Below, in pieces: positions 53,746-63,334 of a stretch of DNA of 64,000 nucleotides. The stretch spans positions 1-64,000 of the IMG/VR virus record IMGVR_UViG_3300030104_006589; one strand, given 5' to 3'. Position numbers and translations under genes: made by a program. This stretch comes from an uncultured virus (IMG/VR IMGVR_UViG_3300030104_006589). Its lineage: Duplodnaviria > Heunggongvirae > Uroviricota > Caudoviricetes. Position 1 is the stretch's first letter. Each line of letters begins with the position of its first letter. The notes under the pieces were generated by a model. The model had not been told where the DNA came from. It ran no database searches and saw only the letters and a program-made list of their open reading frames with translations.

Positions 53746-56301
53746 CTATTTAAGTTCAGATAACTTCATGTAGATTTTATCCTTTAATGGAAATACCTTA
53801 TCTACAAAAATAACATCGTCTCCTTTAGACCCGTATATGATCACAACATCCCCTTTTTTGGGGAGTTTTTTACCAGAATCTAAATAATCAGTAAGGCGAG
53901 CGGCACGTTGACTGTCTAAGAATAACCCGTCAATATTCCCACCCTCATCTTGAAAATTCATTCGTGCATACTTGTTACCATTCCTGCTTGTTCTGCGGAT
54001 TATATCAGTCAAAACTCCCACAAATTTAACATTAGACCTTTCGGGTAAATCTTTTACAACCTCTGAAGAGTTAAAATCCCCCTCATAACTAAAAACTTCT
54101 CTAATATTGTGTGAATAACTATATCCAAGAAGCTTCTCCTCAAAATACCAGTTTGCATATTTGGTGTGCTCCTTGTTCATTTCGTAGATTTCCTTATAAG
54201 GGGAGAATTTTTTTCGAAATGTTTCGAATCTTTTTGGGGCAAAAATTTTCCTATTGTCATCTCCCACCATTTCCTCTTGGCGAATATCATGAATTGCTGA
54301 GATGATATCATAGTTGTAATTCTGCCCTAACGCAATCAGATTTCTCTTTTCTCTATCTGTTAGAATATTAAATGTTTGAGCTTCCAAGACTAATCGTGGA
54401 CGATTAGAAGAAACAAAAGAATCTAAAAGACCAGCTTGAATTAGGGCTGAAAGAGTTCCTATATTTAGTCCTGCCTGTTTTGCTGAAAGGAAGACTTCAT
54501 ATTTATTATCAAAGGAATCTTCTCTAAATTCCAGTAATGACTCTAGAACTTTAGTGGATACTCCCTTGATAGAATTTAACCCATACCTGATATTCTTGCC
54601 TTCGATTTTAAAATCAATATCTGACTTGTTTAGGTCTGGGGGGAGTAACTTTATATCAAAGTGAGATAGCTCTTGTGATATTTTAGCAATCTCCTCATGA
54701 GAATTAGGCTCATACTTTGCATATTTTAAAAGACTTAAAAAGAATTCTTTTGGATGTTGGAACTTAAGATAAACAGTAATTGCCGCTAAGTAAGCATAGC
54801 TTATAGAGTGAGACTTGTTAAATGAATAGTTTGCGGAGTCTTCAGCCACACTCCAAAGTATTTCCCCAATGGCTGGGTCTAATTTATTTTCTTCTATCTT
54901 CTCTTCGATCTTAGCCTTCCACGCTGGCATTTGATCCACCTTTTTCTTGCCTACAATACGTCGAAGTTGTTCCGCTTCATCAAGACTAAATCCAACCTTA
55001 ACCGCCATTTTCATCAACTGCTCCTGATACAAAGGAATGCCTCCTGTGTAGCTCAAAATGTCATCAAAAAACTCATGAACGGACTGGAACTCGCCCGTCC
55101 TTACATACTCCGCATATCTGTCCTTAAAATCTAAAGCTCCAGGTCTTGCAATAGCCACCACCGCAGATAATTGCTCAAGATTCTGGGGGGCTATCAAACG
55201 GCAGACTTTAAAGTTAGTGTCTGCTTCAATTTGGAATAAGCCTTGAGGAGAGCGCAGGGAGGATAGAGCCGTGTAAATTATAGAATCGTGAGGATCTATA
55301 TCTTCAGCTTTGATTCCCAACTGCTTGCAAACATCATGGACAACAGAAAGAGTTCTTAATCCAAGAATATCAAACTTTACACTTAGGCTGGCTACGTCAT
55401 TCATGTCATAACCAGAAACTAATGCGCCATCATTGGTTGTTTGAAGGGGCATTATGTCATCAAGCTCATAATAAGAGATTGATACGCCCGATGGGTGAAC
55501 TCCAGTATTTTTATTCAAGCCCTCTAGTTTTTTGGCTATCTTAAATACTTTTGGATATTTATCTGCATATTCTCTGAAAGTTTCACTTTCATCATATGCG
55601 ACATCTAATTTAGCTACTATGCCAAAATGTTTTGGAATCGTATCACTGATTTGGTTTACATCTACTTCGGATAGCTCTTCAACAATCTTTCCGCACTCCT
55701 TCATACAGAGCTTTCCGCTTAATGTATTCAGCGTCAAAATCTTAGAAGTTTTACCCTCATATTTCTTTTCAATGTATTCTATGACTTCTGCACGACGATC
55801 ATAAGAAATATCATTATCAACATCAGCTAATAAGCTGCCATCCAAATAAACTTCCCCTTCATGCTCAATCTTTCTTGCCCTACTCTTTGATACAAACCTC
55901 TCAAAGAACAAGTCATACTCTATGGGGTCGATGTTCGTTACACCTATGACATACAATACTAATGAACCAGCGGCACTTCCCCTACCTGCCCCTGTTGGAA
56001 TATCGTTTTCCTTGCAGAAGTTCATGATATCCCAATTAAGTAGAATATAATCCACGAACCCCAACTCATCGAAGATAGTTAACTCTTCTTTTAGTCGGTC
56101 ATAGTAAAGTTGAGGATTGTCTACCTTATCTATACCTTTTTCTTTTACCTTTTTAAAGCATAGCTTCCTGAGAAATTGATAGTTATCTTCCAGGTCACTG
56201 CAAGAAACTTCGTCGTAATATTTTTTTTCTATTTTAATTTCTGGGAGCTTAACTCCCACGGGAAAGGGTGTATTGTAGCCTGTAAAGGTTGTAGAACTCA
56301 T
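53746..56301 (-). CDS. dnaE: DNA polymerase III alpha catalytic part (lacks PHP)
   Basis: GRGSAAGS, FFERF, DVDND, KFDILGL, YQEQ, YSFNKSH, C-terminal OB fold. Confidence 0.92.
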   Translation of the reverse strand: MSSTTFTGYNTPFPVGVKLPEIKIEKKYYDEVSCSDLEDNYQFLRKLCFKKVKEKGIDKVDNPQLYYDRLKEELTIFDELGFVDYILLNWDIMNFCKENDIPTGAGRGSAAGSLVLYVIGVTNIDPIEYDLFFERFVSKSRARKIEHEGEVYLDGSLLADVDNDISYDRRAEVIEYIEKKYEGKTSKILTLNTLSGKLCMKECGKIVEELSEVDVNQISDTIPKHFGIVAKLDVAYDESETFREYADKYPKVFKIAKKLEGLNKNTGVHPSGVSISYYELDDIMPLQTTNDGALVSGYDMNDVASLSVKFDILGLRTLSVVHDVCKQLGIKAEDIDPHDSIIYTALSSLRSPQGLFQIEADTNFKVCRLIAPQNLEQLSAVVAIARPGALDFKDRYAEYVRTGEFQSVHEFFDDILSYTGGIPLYQEQLMKMAVKVGFSLDEAEQLRRIVGKKKVDQMPAWKAKIEEKIEENKLDPAIGEILWSVAEDSANYSFNKSHSISYAYLAAITVYLKFQHPKEFFLSLLKYAKYEPNSHEEIAKISQELSHFDIKLLPPDLNKSDIDFKIEGKNIRYGLNSIKGVSTKVLESLLEFREDSFDNKYEVFLSAKQAGLNIGTLSALIQAGLLDSFVSSNRPRLVLEAQTFNILTDREKRNLIALGQNYNYDIISAIHDIRQEEMVGDDNRKIFAPKRFETFRKKFSPYKEIYEMNKEHTKYANWYFEEKLLGYSYSHNIREVFSYEGDFNSSEVVKDLPERSNVKFVGVLTDIIRRTSRNGNKYARMNFQDEGGNIDGLFLDSQRAARLTDYLDSGKKLPKKGDVVIIYGSKGDDVIFVDKVFPLKDKIYMKLSELK

Positions 56302-56930
56302 ATCTCTAAATCAAAAAGTTGTTTGCGGAAAATCTTAAAATTCATTTCGATATCATACAGAGCATCATGGAGTCTTTTTGGGTCATGATCAATGTTATAT
56401 TTCTTAAGAAGAGTGGCTTGAGATGTTTTTAAGCCTCTTTCTCTGTAGTTTAAGAGTCTATATTGCCAACCTATGAAATCGTCCTTATCTACAGGGATTT
56501 GCTTGGCTATGGCGGTCGCTAAAGACTTTGTATCAATTATACGAGAAACAAAGGAGTAGTCTGGATCTTTACCCATTAACTTGCGCCAAATATTCACCAT
56601 GTAAACATCAAAACCCAAAAGATTTTGGCCCACAATCAAATTGTTTTCGTCATATAAATCCTCTGAAAACTTTTCCCAGACTATATTCGGAGGCATAGAT
56701 TTTTTATTGTATTCTTTCATGGAGAAGCCTGTGACTTTAGCCGCACCCTCTGAAACATTGAGATTTGGCCAATGCAGAAACATGTCGTTTCTCGCAATGA
56801 TTTTATCGCCCTCTACAACCAACCAAGCAACTTGCCAAGGTCGAGAAGTGACTAAATTCAAACCTTCGGTTTCAGTATCAAAAACAATATATCTTTGTTT
56901 CTTGTTAAATCTAAGCAGTGACTCGTTCAT
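56298..56930 (-). CDS. DEDDh 3'-5' exonuclease (DnaQ-like)
   Basis: FDTETEG, NLLGFD, HDALYD. Confidence 0.88.
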   Translation of the reverse strand: MNESLLRFNKKQRYIVFDTETEGLNLVTSRPWQVAWLVVEGDKIIARNDMFLHWPNLNVSEGAAKVTGFSMKEYNKKSMPPNIVWEKFSEDLYDENNLIVGQNLLGFDVYMVNIWRKLMGKDPDYSFVSRIIDTKSLATAIAKQIPVDKDDFIGWQYRLLNYRERGLKTSQATLLKKYNIDHDPKRLHDALYDIEMNFKIFRKQLFDLEI

Positions 56931-57657
56931 TTTCTAAATAAGATTCAATACAAAATTCATTACTCCCAAAGTGATCTAAGTTTGGGCAGCTTAACGAAGC
57001 CGCTCTACCAAAATTTCTATTGCACAAAATCTTGTATGTTTGTAAAGCTTCTACGTCTGACTTGTTTTTATATAAAATTGTTTTTACTTTTTTAACTGGT
57101 CGCACCATTCCCCGCGCAAACTTCTCAACTTTTTTCTTTAGGAGATCATCAAAAGGCAAACCGTTTTGCTCTACCCAAAAAGTTGGTAGCATTTTGTAAA
57201 AATCAGGGACACACTTTCTTAAATAAAAATTATTGTTAAATATAAAGGAGTCATAAAAAGGAATGACTAATTCCAAGTCGTCACTCCACACTGAATTCAA
57301 AAAATTAAAATCTACCTTTCCGCTATCTGTATGAGCATAGGAATATATTCTGTAGAGTAAGCGGCAACCGTCATCGTTATTTGCAAAAATAACAATCTTA
57401 TGATCTGAGTTATCATCATCAAGAGTGTTATTACAACAGGTGAGTCTTAAACCAAAAATAAGATCAATGCCTTTTTCTTTGCAACGATTATGAGCCGTAA
57501 CAAAGCCTGTCATTGAGTCTTCTACAAGAACTAGTGACTTAATTTTATTTTCCTCACAAATAGTAAAAATACTATCGGGACCACCCTCTTTATCATTGTC
57601 ATTGAGGGTCAGAATGCTTTTGCCTATCGAATAGGTAGACTTAAATACTGGAGTCAT
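56911..57657 (-). CDS. stand-alone PHP domain of DnaE
   Basis: FKSTYSIGKS, LVEDSMTGF, LIFGLRL, IFANNDDG. Confidence 0.75.
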   Translation of the reverse strand: MTPVFKSTYSIGKSILTLNDNDKEGGPDSIFTICEENKIKSLVLVEDSMTGFVTAHNRCKEKGIDLIFGLRLTCCNNTLDDDNSDHKIVIFANNDDGCRLLYRIYSYAHTDSGKVDFNFLNSVWSDDLELVIPFYDSFIFNNNFYLRKCVPDFYKMLPTFWVEQNGLPFDDLLKKKVEKFARGMVRPVKKVKTILYKNKSDVEALQTYKILCNRNFGRAASLSCPNLDHFGSNEFCIESYLENERVTA

Positions 57658-57688
57658 CACGAATACTCTAACACCAGCCAATGAGGTG

Positions 57689-58717
57689 TCAAGAAGAATG
57701 TGCGGGACATCCTTGATAATACTTCATTTCGTAACCTCCTCCCTCGGGGACTAACTCCTCGGTAAATTCATCTTCGAAATAAGAGCCTATTTTTTCCTTA
57801 TTAGAGTTCCAGACCTCATAGAAGAAAAAATTAAACTTCATTGGGCAGTGCCACTTGGGAGAACCATCTAGTTTTAACTCTCCCTTTTCTTTTGCAAAAC
57901 CACAAAGCAATTTTCCACTAAACGAGCTATCCTTAGGAAAGCCTTGGTGAGCAGCAAAGTTTTTCTTTGCGTCTTTTTCTGAAAAGTTATCTAGGTATTT
58001 TTGAATCTCAGAAAGCTGCAACTCAAAACCTTTGAGTTCATCCTCTTCCAAGGGTTTCATTTGAACTATCCCCGACTTAGAGGCGTTAAGGTCTAAATCG
58101 AATTTAAGAAACAGAAACTCACTCACCCTTTCTGAATATTCAGGGAATAAATTTTTTACAGCTAAACTATACATTAAGTCTTGCAGATTATCTGTAGCGT
58201 CCTTTCCCTTAAATACGTCCTTGCTAGTCTTGAAGTCTCTTATCAACGCAAACTTTTGCTTCTTGTATAAAAAGAGTTTATCAATAAAACCTCTTATTTT
58301 ATATTTTATATCTCCATCTACTTTGATTATATCAAAATCTTTTTCAGAAAACTCTTGTGTGGGTTTGTCTAAATCTTTACCAAAAAAATCATATGAAAGA
58401 CCATTAAAAATCATGTCCTTCATTAGTTCTATGTTTTCGGTATCGTCTATCCCTTCGCGAATAGCATGTTTTAAAATCAGTCGTTTAATCGACTCAACTG
58501 CAAAAACATCCTCCTTTTTAATTATTTTATTATAATATTTTTTCCTCTTAGGAACCCCCAAAACTTCAAAAACTAAATGACAAATGGAGCCTCGTCTTGC
58601 TCCATCGTTGCTTTTGTCTGGCAAGTGGAGCTTATACTTGCACCAGTAAAGCCAAGAACACGACTGAGCAGTCTTTATTCTGCTCGCGGAGAGAGGTGTT
58701 TGAGGTTCAGGCATCAC
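57689..58717 (-). CDS. PD-(D/E)XK exonuclease (RecB/AddB/Cas4-like)
   Basis: LSASRI, GSICH, RGFIDKL, IRDFKTSK, C-terminal Cys residues. Confidence 0.8.
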   Translation of the reverse strand: MMPEPQTPLSASRIKTAQSCSWLYWCKYKLHLPDKSNDGARRGSICHLVFEVLGVPKRKKYYNKIIKKEDVFAVESIKRLILKHAIREGIDDTENIELMKDMIFNGLSYDFFGKDLDKPTQEFSEKDFDIIKVDGDIKYKIRGFIDKLFLYKKQKFALIRDFKTSKDVFKGKDATDNLQDLMYSLAVKNLFPEYSERVSEFLFLKFDLDLNASKSGIVQMKPLEEDELKGFELQLSEIQKYLDNFSEKDAKKNFAAHQGFPKDSSFSGKLLCGFAKEKGELKLDGSPKWHCPMKFNFFFYEVWNSNKEKIGSYFEDEFTEELVPEGGGYEMKYYQGCPAHSS

Positions 58718-59774
58718 TAAGTATTAAGGCCGTCTGTATTTCTTTCTTAGTGAAGCAGGATGGATTATTCTTAACGAACTCTAGAATATAATCGAATTGT
58801 GCGGCCTTGTCGATATCTCTAGCTAGCCAGTCATTAAGGTTATGCCCATCCAAGTGAGCATCACCAAAATCATTATATGGCGTTGGGGGGAATTTTACAG
58901 TTAAACTATCTAGATCAAAATATTTTGAGAGCTTAATAAAACTCTTTATTCCTGCAATAAATCCTCTATTTTCCCCACTGCCCTTATCGTTATTTGTTGA
59001 AATATATATATGCCGAATAGAGTGAGCACTAAGATAATTAATAATGTTGTTGTTAACAGATAAGCCAAAAATGACCAAAACATTTTTGATACCTTGTTCA
59101 TAAAGAGCCAGCGCATCACCTATACTTTCTACTAAAATAACTTCTTTTTTTAATTTTATTTCTTCATCTACCTCGGTCTTTTTATTTAAAGCGGGGTAAA
59201 CCCAATTGTTTCTTTTCCCTATATGCTTCCATTTAGGATAATTGTTATCCTCATCCACCTTTCTTCCAGAAAAGCCAATAAGTTGGGTGTGTTCATTATA
59301 AATAGGAAACACTATTCTTCTATACATTTTACCTACACCCGCTAAGCCTACTTGAAACTTTTGTTGTGTTAGCTCTGATATCTCCCTTTTCTTATAAAAG
59401 TTATAATTAGGGAAGAGTTTTTCCAAAGATTCTTCTGGATAAATTTTTTCCATTTCTATTTTTTCTGTTGGGGAATAAGTTATTACGTTTTCTGTAGAAG
59501 ACTTCCCTAAAATTTCTGTAACCTGAGAAGGGTCTTTAATAGTTAGTTGGACGAGGGCTTCAAACGGTTTAGATCCTTTGTTTTCCACAAAATCCATCCA
59601 AACACCTGTATTTTTGTATATTTTTACAGCGGTTTTATTGTCTCCGTCTCGATATAAAGCCTGTGTTCTCCAGTGGTCTCCACAATCAATTAGGTGATAG
59701 CCTATTGACTCTAGGATTCCCTGAAAGTCTTCAGAATTGATCGAAGTCTGGGATTGTCTCTTGGGTTCCTTCAC
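58707..59774 (-). CDS. dnaG: DNA primase (TOPRIM)
   Basis: RIVFPI, GFSGR, ILVESIGD, NND, NDFGD. Confidence 0.8.
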   Translation of the reverse strand: MKEPKRQSQTSINSEDFQGILESIGYHLIDCGDHWRTQALYRDGDNKTAVKIYKNTGVWMDFVENKGSKPFEALVQLTIKDPSQVTEILGKSSTENVITYSPTEKIEMEKIYPEESLEKLFPNYNFYKKREISELTQQKFQVGLAGVGKMYRRIVFPIYNEHTQLIGFSGRKVDEDNNYPKWKHIGKRNNWVYPALNKKTEVDEEIKLKKEVILVESIGDALALYEQGIKNVLVIFGLSVNNNIINYLSAHSIRHIYISTNNDKGSGENRGFIAGIKSFIKLSKYFDLDSLTVKFPPTPYNDFGDAHLDGHNLNDWLARDIDKAAQFDYILEFVKNNPSCFTKKEIQTALILSDA

Positions 59775-61248
59775 TATCTAAATCCTCCTCCCCATCTAAC
59801 ATTCTTGCTATATCTCTTAAATCTCCCTGCTCTGTGATATTAAAATTATTAAAATCTAAATTTATTGCATTTTTACGGAGAGCATCTCCAATTCTTACTG
59901 GCTCCACTGCTCCCGCTATGTCACTACCCAAGTGCCTCGATTTGACATTGATTAGTTTATGAGTTCCGAATCTGCCGCCCTCTGTCTCGATCTCATCGTT
60001 AGTTTTGTTTCTCAAGATAAACATGTGTGAACAAAATTGAGTGATGCGGTCTGATAATGAAACAATAGATTCGTCATCTACAATATTCTGGGACGTTCTA
60101 TTATTGGTGATTCCGTATCTGTTAGATTGAACAGAAGTGATCATTGGAATAATAGGATTCCCATCGTGTAAAATTTCTTTTTGGACGCACTTCTTAAACT
60201 TATCCACCATTTCACCAACCACTTGCCATTCTGATTTGTTTGAGATGTTTTCTGAAGTCGTTTTAATGTAATCAAAAGAAAAGACCATGGGATTACCACG
60301 ACCTACTTTAGCGTAATAAAACCTTTTAAGAGTGTTAACCATAGAGTCTACATCTAACCCTCCCACATTGTAATAATAGAATTTTAATTTTTTTACCTTG
60401 GGCCAAACAGAACGAACTTTTTCTACAACTTTTTCTCCTGCCTGTCTCCATTTACCGCTTTCTAAAAGATGCATGGAAACGCCTGACAGAGCCGCACATT
60501 GACGCATAATAAGCTCCTCCTTACTCATTTCACCATTATCAAAGTGAAGAACGGGGACATCATATTGTAGGCTCACTTTTGTAGAATAATCCATACAAAA
60601 CTGAGTCTTACCCACACCAGATCTAGCAACTACCACTGTTATATTTCCAGGTCTCAGTAGAGAACCATAAATTTCGTTTACTTTGGGGTGTGGCCCCATC
60701 ATTCCAAACTCACTAACTGGATTGTTTCCTCTCTCCTCAATCAGATCCTCCATTTCCTCGTATATGTTTTCTGGAGAATCGTTACCCATCTCGTAGAGAT
60801 TAATGCGAGAGTTGTAAATATTATCTGATGTCTCGATAATGGAGCGATAAGATGCCTCAGGAGGCATATTTTTCATCTTCTTGGCGATGTCTTGAGAGGA
60901 TTCTAAAATCTCGCGCCTTATAGAATATTTTTTTAACTCTTTAGCTGTCTTTAAGGCATTGCCCTTAGGAACTTTTCTCAATGCTAACGACTTAATGTAG
61001 TCGGCGGGATTTAAGTTGTCCTCAAAAGAAAGACCTACCTCATTAACTCTTTGAGCTATGATTACTTCATCTACTTCATCTCCAGAGTCTATAGCTTGTT
61101 GAATTATACGAAAGATAGTAGAGTGCAGAGAACTTTGCTTTGAATAAAAATCAGAAGTCCCAATAAAATTTGAGATTTCTGAAAGGCTATCAGGCTCCTT
61201 AATGAGACCCGCTAATAGTTGTTTTTCTAATTCGAAATTATATATCAT
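59731..61248 (-). CDS. dnaB: replicative DNA helicase
   Basis: ARSGVGKT, EMSKEE, FDYI, VQSNR, KSRH. Confidence 0.88.
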   Translation of the reverse strand: MIYNFELEKQLLAGLIKEPDSLSEISNFIGTSDFYSKQSSLHSTIFRIIQQAIDSGDEVDEVIIAQRVNEVGLSFEDNLNPADYIKSLALRKVPKGNALKTAKELKKYSIRREILESSQDIAKKMKNMPPEASYRSIIETSDNIYNSRINLYEMGNDSPENIYEEMEDLIEERGNNPVSEFGMMGPHPKVNEIYGSLLRPGNITVVVARSGVGKTQFCMDYSTKVSLQYDVPVLHFDNGEMSKEELIMRQCAALSGVSMHLLESGKWRQAGEKVVEKVRSVWPKVKKLKFYYYNVGGLDVDSMVNTLKRFYYAKVGRGNPMVFSFDYIKTTSENISNKSEWQVVGEMVDKFKKCVQKEILHDGNPIIPMITSVQSNRYGITNNRTSQNIVDDESIVSLSDRITQFCSHMFILRNKTNDEIETEGGRFGTHKLINVKSRHLGSDIAGAVEPVRIGDALRKNAINLDFNNFNITEQGDLRDIARMLDGEEDLDSEGTQETIPDFDQF

Positions 61249-61484
61249 TTGTCCTCCTCTATACGCTCAGATGGACCCGAAAGATGATTCTCTAAGGCTT
61301 TTGTTAAGGCAAACTCTGTCATGCCGCAATCAAACTTGCAATAAATTAATGGCTTTCCGTTTTCTGAAGACGCTGCCAAAATAACTCCTTTATATTTATC
61401 AGCCCCTCCCGACAACTCGTAAAGTTTATCAACCATTTCGGTAGGAATGGAAAATTCTGAGTTATCCTCATCTTCTAAATTCAT
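61245..61484 (-). CDS. hypothetical protein
   Basis: 79-aa ORF in operon. Confidence 0.6.
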   Translation of the reverse strand: MNLEDEDNSEFSIPTEMVDKLYELSGGADKYKGVILAASSENGKPLIYCKFDCGMTEFALTKALENHLSGPSERIEEDK

Positions 61485-61888
61485 AGGTAAATATCTTGTT
61501 TTTTAAATAATGATGCCGCGATTTCATCTTGAGGATAAACCTCTGCTAACTTTATATCATTAGCCTTGCAGAAATCAAGTTTCTTCTCGTCTCTTTTTAG
61601 TTGATCGGAATACTTAAAACGATTTTTATGAAAAAACTTCACATACTTCGTATGTTGCGCCCCTTGCACTTCAACTGCAATTTTTTTGTTGGCGTTATAA
61701 AAATCTAAAGTTAATCTGCTTCCCACCACTCTAAACTCCTCAAAAACAATATCATTTTTCCAATAGGGGTAAAGAAATTTTTTTACAGCCGTTTGAAATT
61801 TGCTACGACTAGGCTTATCCCAATCTATTAAATATTTTTTTGCGTTTTTAAGGTTTCTTTCTTTGCCGTATCCATCAATAAACTTCAT
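61481..61888 (-). CDS. Vsr/DUF559-like endonuclease
   Basis: EEF, LDFY, AVEVQGAQH, RDEKK. Confidence 0.75.
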   Translation of the reverse strand: MKFIDGYGKERNLKNAKKYLIDWDKPSRSKFQTAVKKFLYPYWKNDIVFEEFRVVGSRLTLDFYNANKKIAVEVQGAQHTKYVKFFHKNRFKYSDQLKRDEKKLDFCKANDIKLAEVYPQDEIAASLFKKQDIYL

Positions 61889-62994
61889 GCTCCAATTTGT
61901 TCCCTAAAATATTTAATTAAGAATTTACACAATTCCTCATCTTGGTCCAGAGTTTTAAATAAATTATTATCACCTTGAATTTGCTCAGGAAAGTTTAATT
62001 TATTTTCTGTTAGTAACTCGCAAAAATCCTCTGTTGGCTTAATCCATGCGCCTTTCTTTTCTACAAACTCCCACGCATAAAGCAAGTCTACAATTTCTTT
62101 TTCAATCCAGATGGAGTTGCCTCCTGACCGATTATATCTAACGGGATAAGTTAAGCTGACATTAGATTTTTCATTAGGAGATTTGCATATCAAGACTTTT
62201 GCAAAATGCCCAATGATTGGATTCTTTTTTTCGTCAATAGTTTTTAAGCTAGGATTTTGCAGAATAAGATCGGATTTGTATCTAGGCTGAAATTGAATGA
62301 CGCTATTAGCGTAGTGCTGTAAAGCATATCCCCCTGTTGCTACAGACTGTCTAGGGGGTTCTTTGGAGTATTGATCTCTCATCTCTGACCTTACCTGACT
62401 AATAAAAATAGCCATATGCCCCCTCTTGCCTAAAGCAATGCTGGTTTGTTTGCACCAAGTAGATGCAATGCTAGCTCCTGCGGCTATTTTGGCAAACTCA
62501 TCAAAACCTTTAGATGCATCATTTTTAGCAACTAAGCCATCTACAGAATCTAATATAAAACAATATTTATGTTTATTCTTTTCATTGTCAATGAGTTGCT
62601 TGATGCAAGTCATTGCTGTTTCGTAGATATTTGTTTCCAAAACAAAACAAGTGCCATCTACCCACTCATCTGCTGACCACACAAATTTGACCCCAGACCT
62701 TTCCCTTACTTCTTTACCTAATCTGCCTTCAGCTTTGATATATAAGCCTCTAGGTTTCTCTATTGTATTTAGAAAGTTCTTCATAACCTCTAAAGCCTCA
62801 GAGGTTTTTCCACCTTCTGTCAAACCAGTAAAACGATGTAACCCAGGTCCAAACCCTCCATTCATGCATAGATCAAATTGAAGAGAGCCGCTAGAAACTT
62901 TGTAATCGCACTCGTCTTCAAAGTTGTAATGATCGCTTTTGTTCGATTTCAAGAAATTACCTAGAATATCGTTTGGGTCTGGTCCTTCACTCAT
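61885..62994 (-). CDS. recA: RecA/UvsX-like recombinase
   Basis: SSGSL.FD, GLTEGGKT, ILDSV, ISQVR, TGGYALQHY, KKGAW. Confidence 0.88.
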   Translation of the reverse strand: MSEGPDPNDILGNFLKSNKSDHYNFEDECDYKVSSGSLQFDLCMNGGFGPGLHRFTGLTEGGKTSEALEVMKNFLNTIEKPRGLYIKAEGRLGKEVRERSGVKFVWSADEWVDGTCFVLETNIYETAMTCIKQLIDNEKNKHKYCFILDSVDGLVAKNDASKGFDEFAKIAAGASIASTWCKQTSIALGKRGHMAIFISQVRSEMRDQYSKEPPRQSVATGGYALQHYANSVIQFQPRYKSDLILQNPSLKTIDEKKNPIIGHFAKVLICKSPNEKSNVSLTYPVRYNRSGGNSIWIEKEIVDLLYAWEFVEKKGAWIKPTEDFCELLTENKLNFPEQIQGDNNLFKTLDQDEELCKFLIKYFREQIGA

Positions 62995-63334
62995 TTAAAA
63001 AATCTTTTATTGTTTTATTTTTAGGAGGGACAACCGCATCCTCTCCGAACTTTTCTCCAATATGATAAACCTCATATTTAGATAAATCAACCCTAAAGTT
63101 GAAAGCTCTGAATTTTTCATCTAGGGTGGACTTTAGTTTATCGCTCACTAGATAAGCCAGTGAATCAAACTTCTTCCCAAAGCTGACAATATTCATAAAC
63201 TCTAAAGAGTAACGCTCACATAAATCATTGAGCATTTTCATTTCCCTAGCAAAAAAGGGTCTTCTTCCTTTATCGGGAACTTCCAATAAACGAAAAATAA
63301 TCTCTCTTTTGTTTGGACCTTTAGACTTTGCCAC
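62987..63334 (-). CDS. hypothetical protein
   Basis: 115-aa ORF in operon. Confidence 0.6.
   Translation of the reverse strand: MAKSKGPNKREIIFRLLEVPDKGRRPFFAREMKMLNDLCERYSLEFMNIVSFGKKFDSLAYLVSDKLKSTLDEKFRAFNFRVDLSKYEVYHIGEKFGEDAVVPPKNKTIKDFLNE

Noticed and set aside
57689..58717. Cas4 of a CRISPR system
   Set aside because: It lies in the replication operon with no array or other cas genes, so it is an ordinary phage exonuclease.
51302..62994. Bacterial chromosome origin of the clpC/dnaE/dnaB/recA block
   Set aside because: The genes are divergent, tightly overlapped with phage-type ORFs, contiguous with tail genes and share the same promoter motifs.
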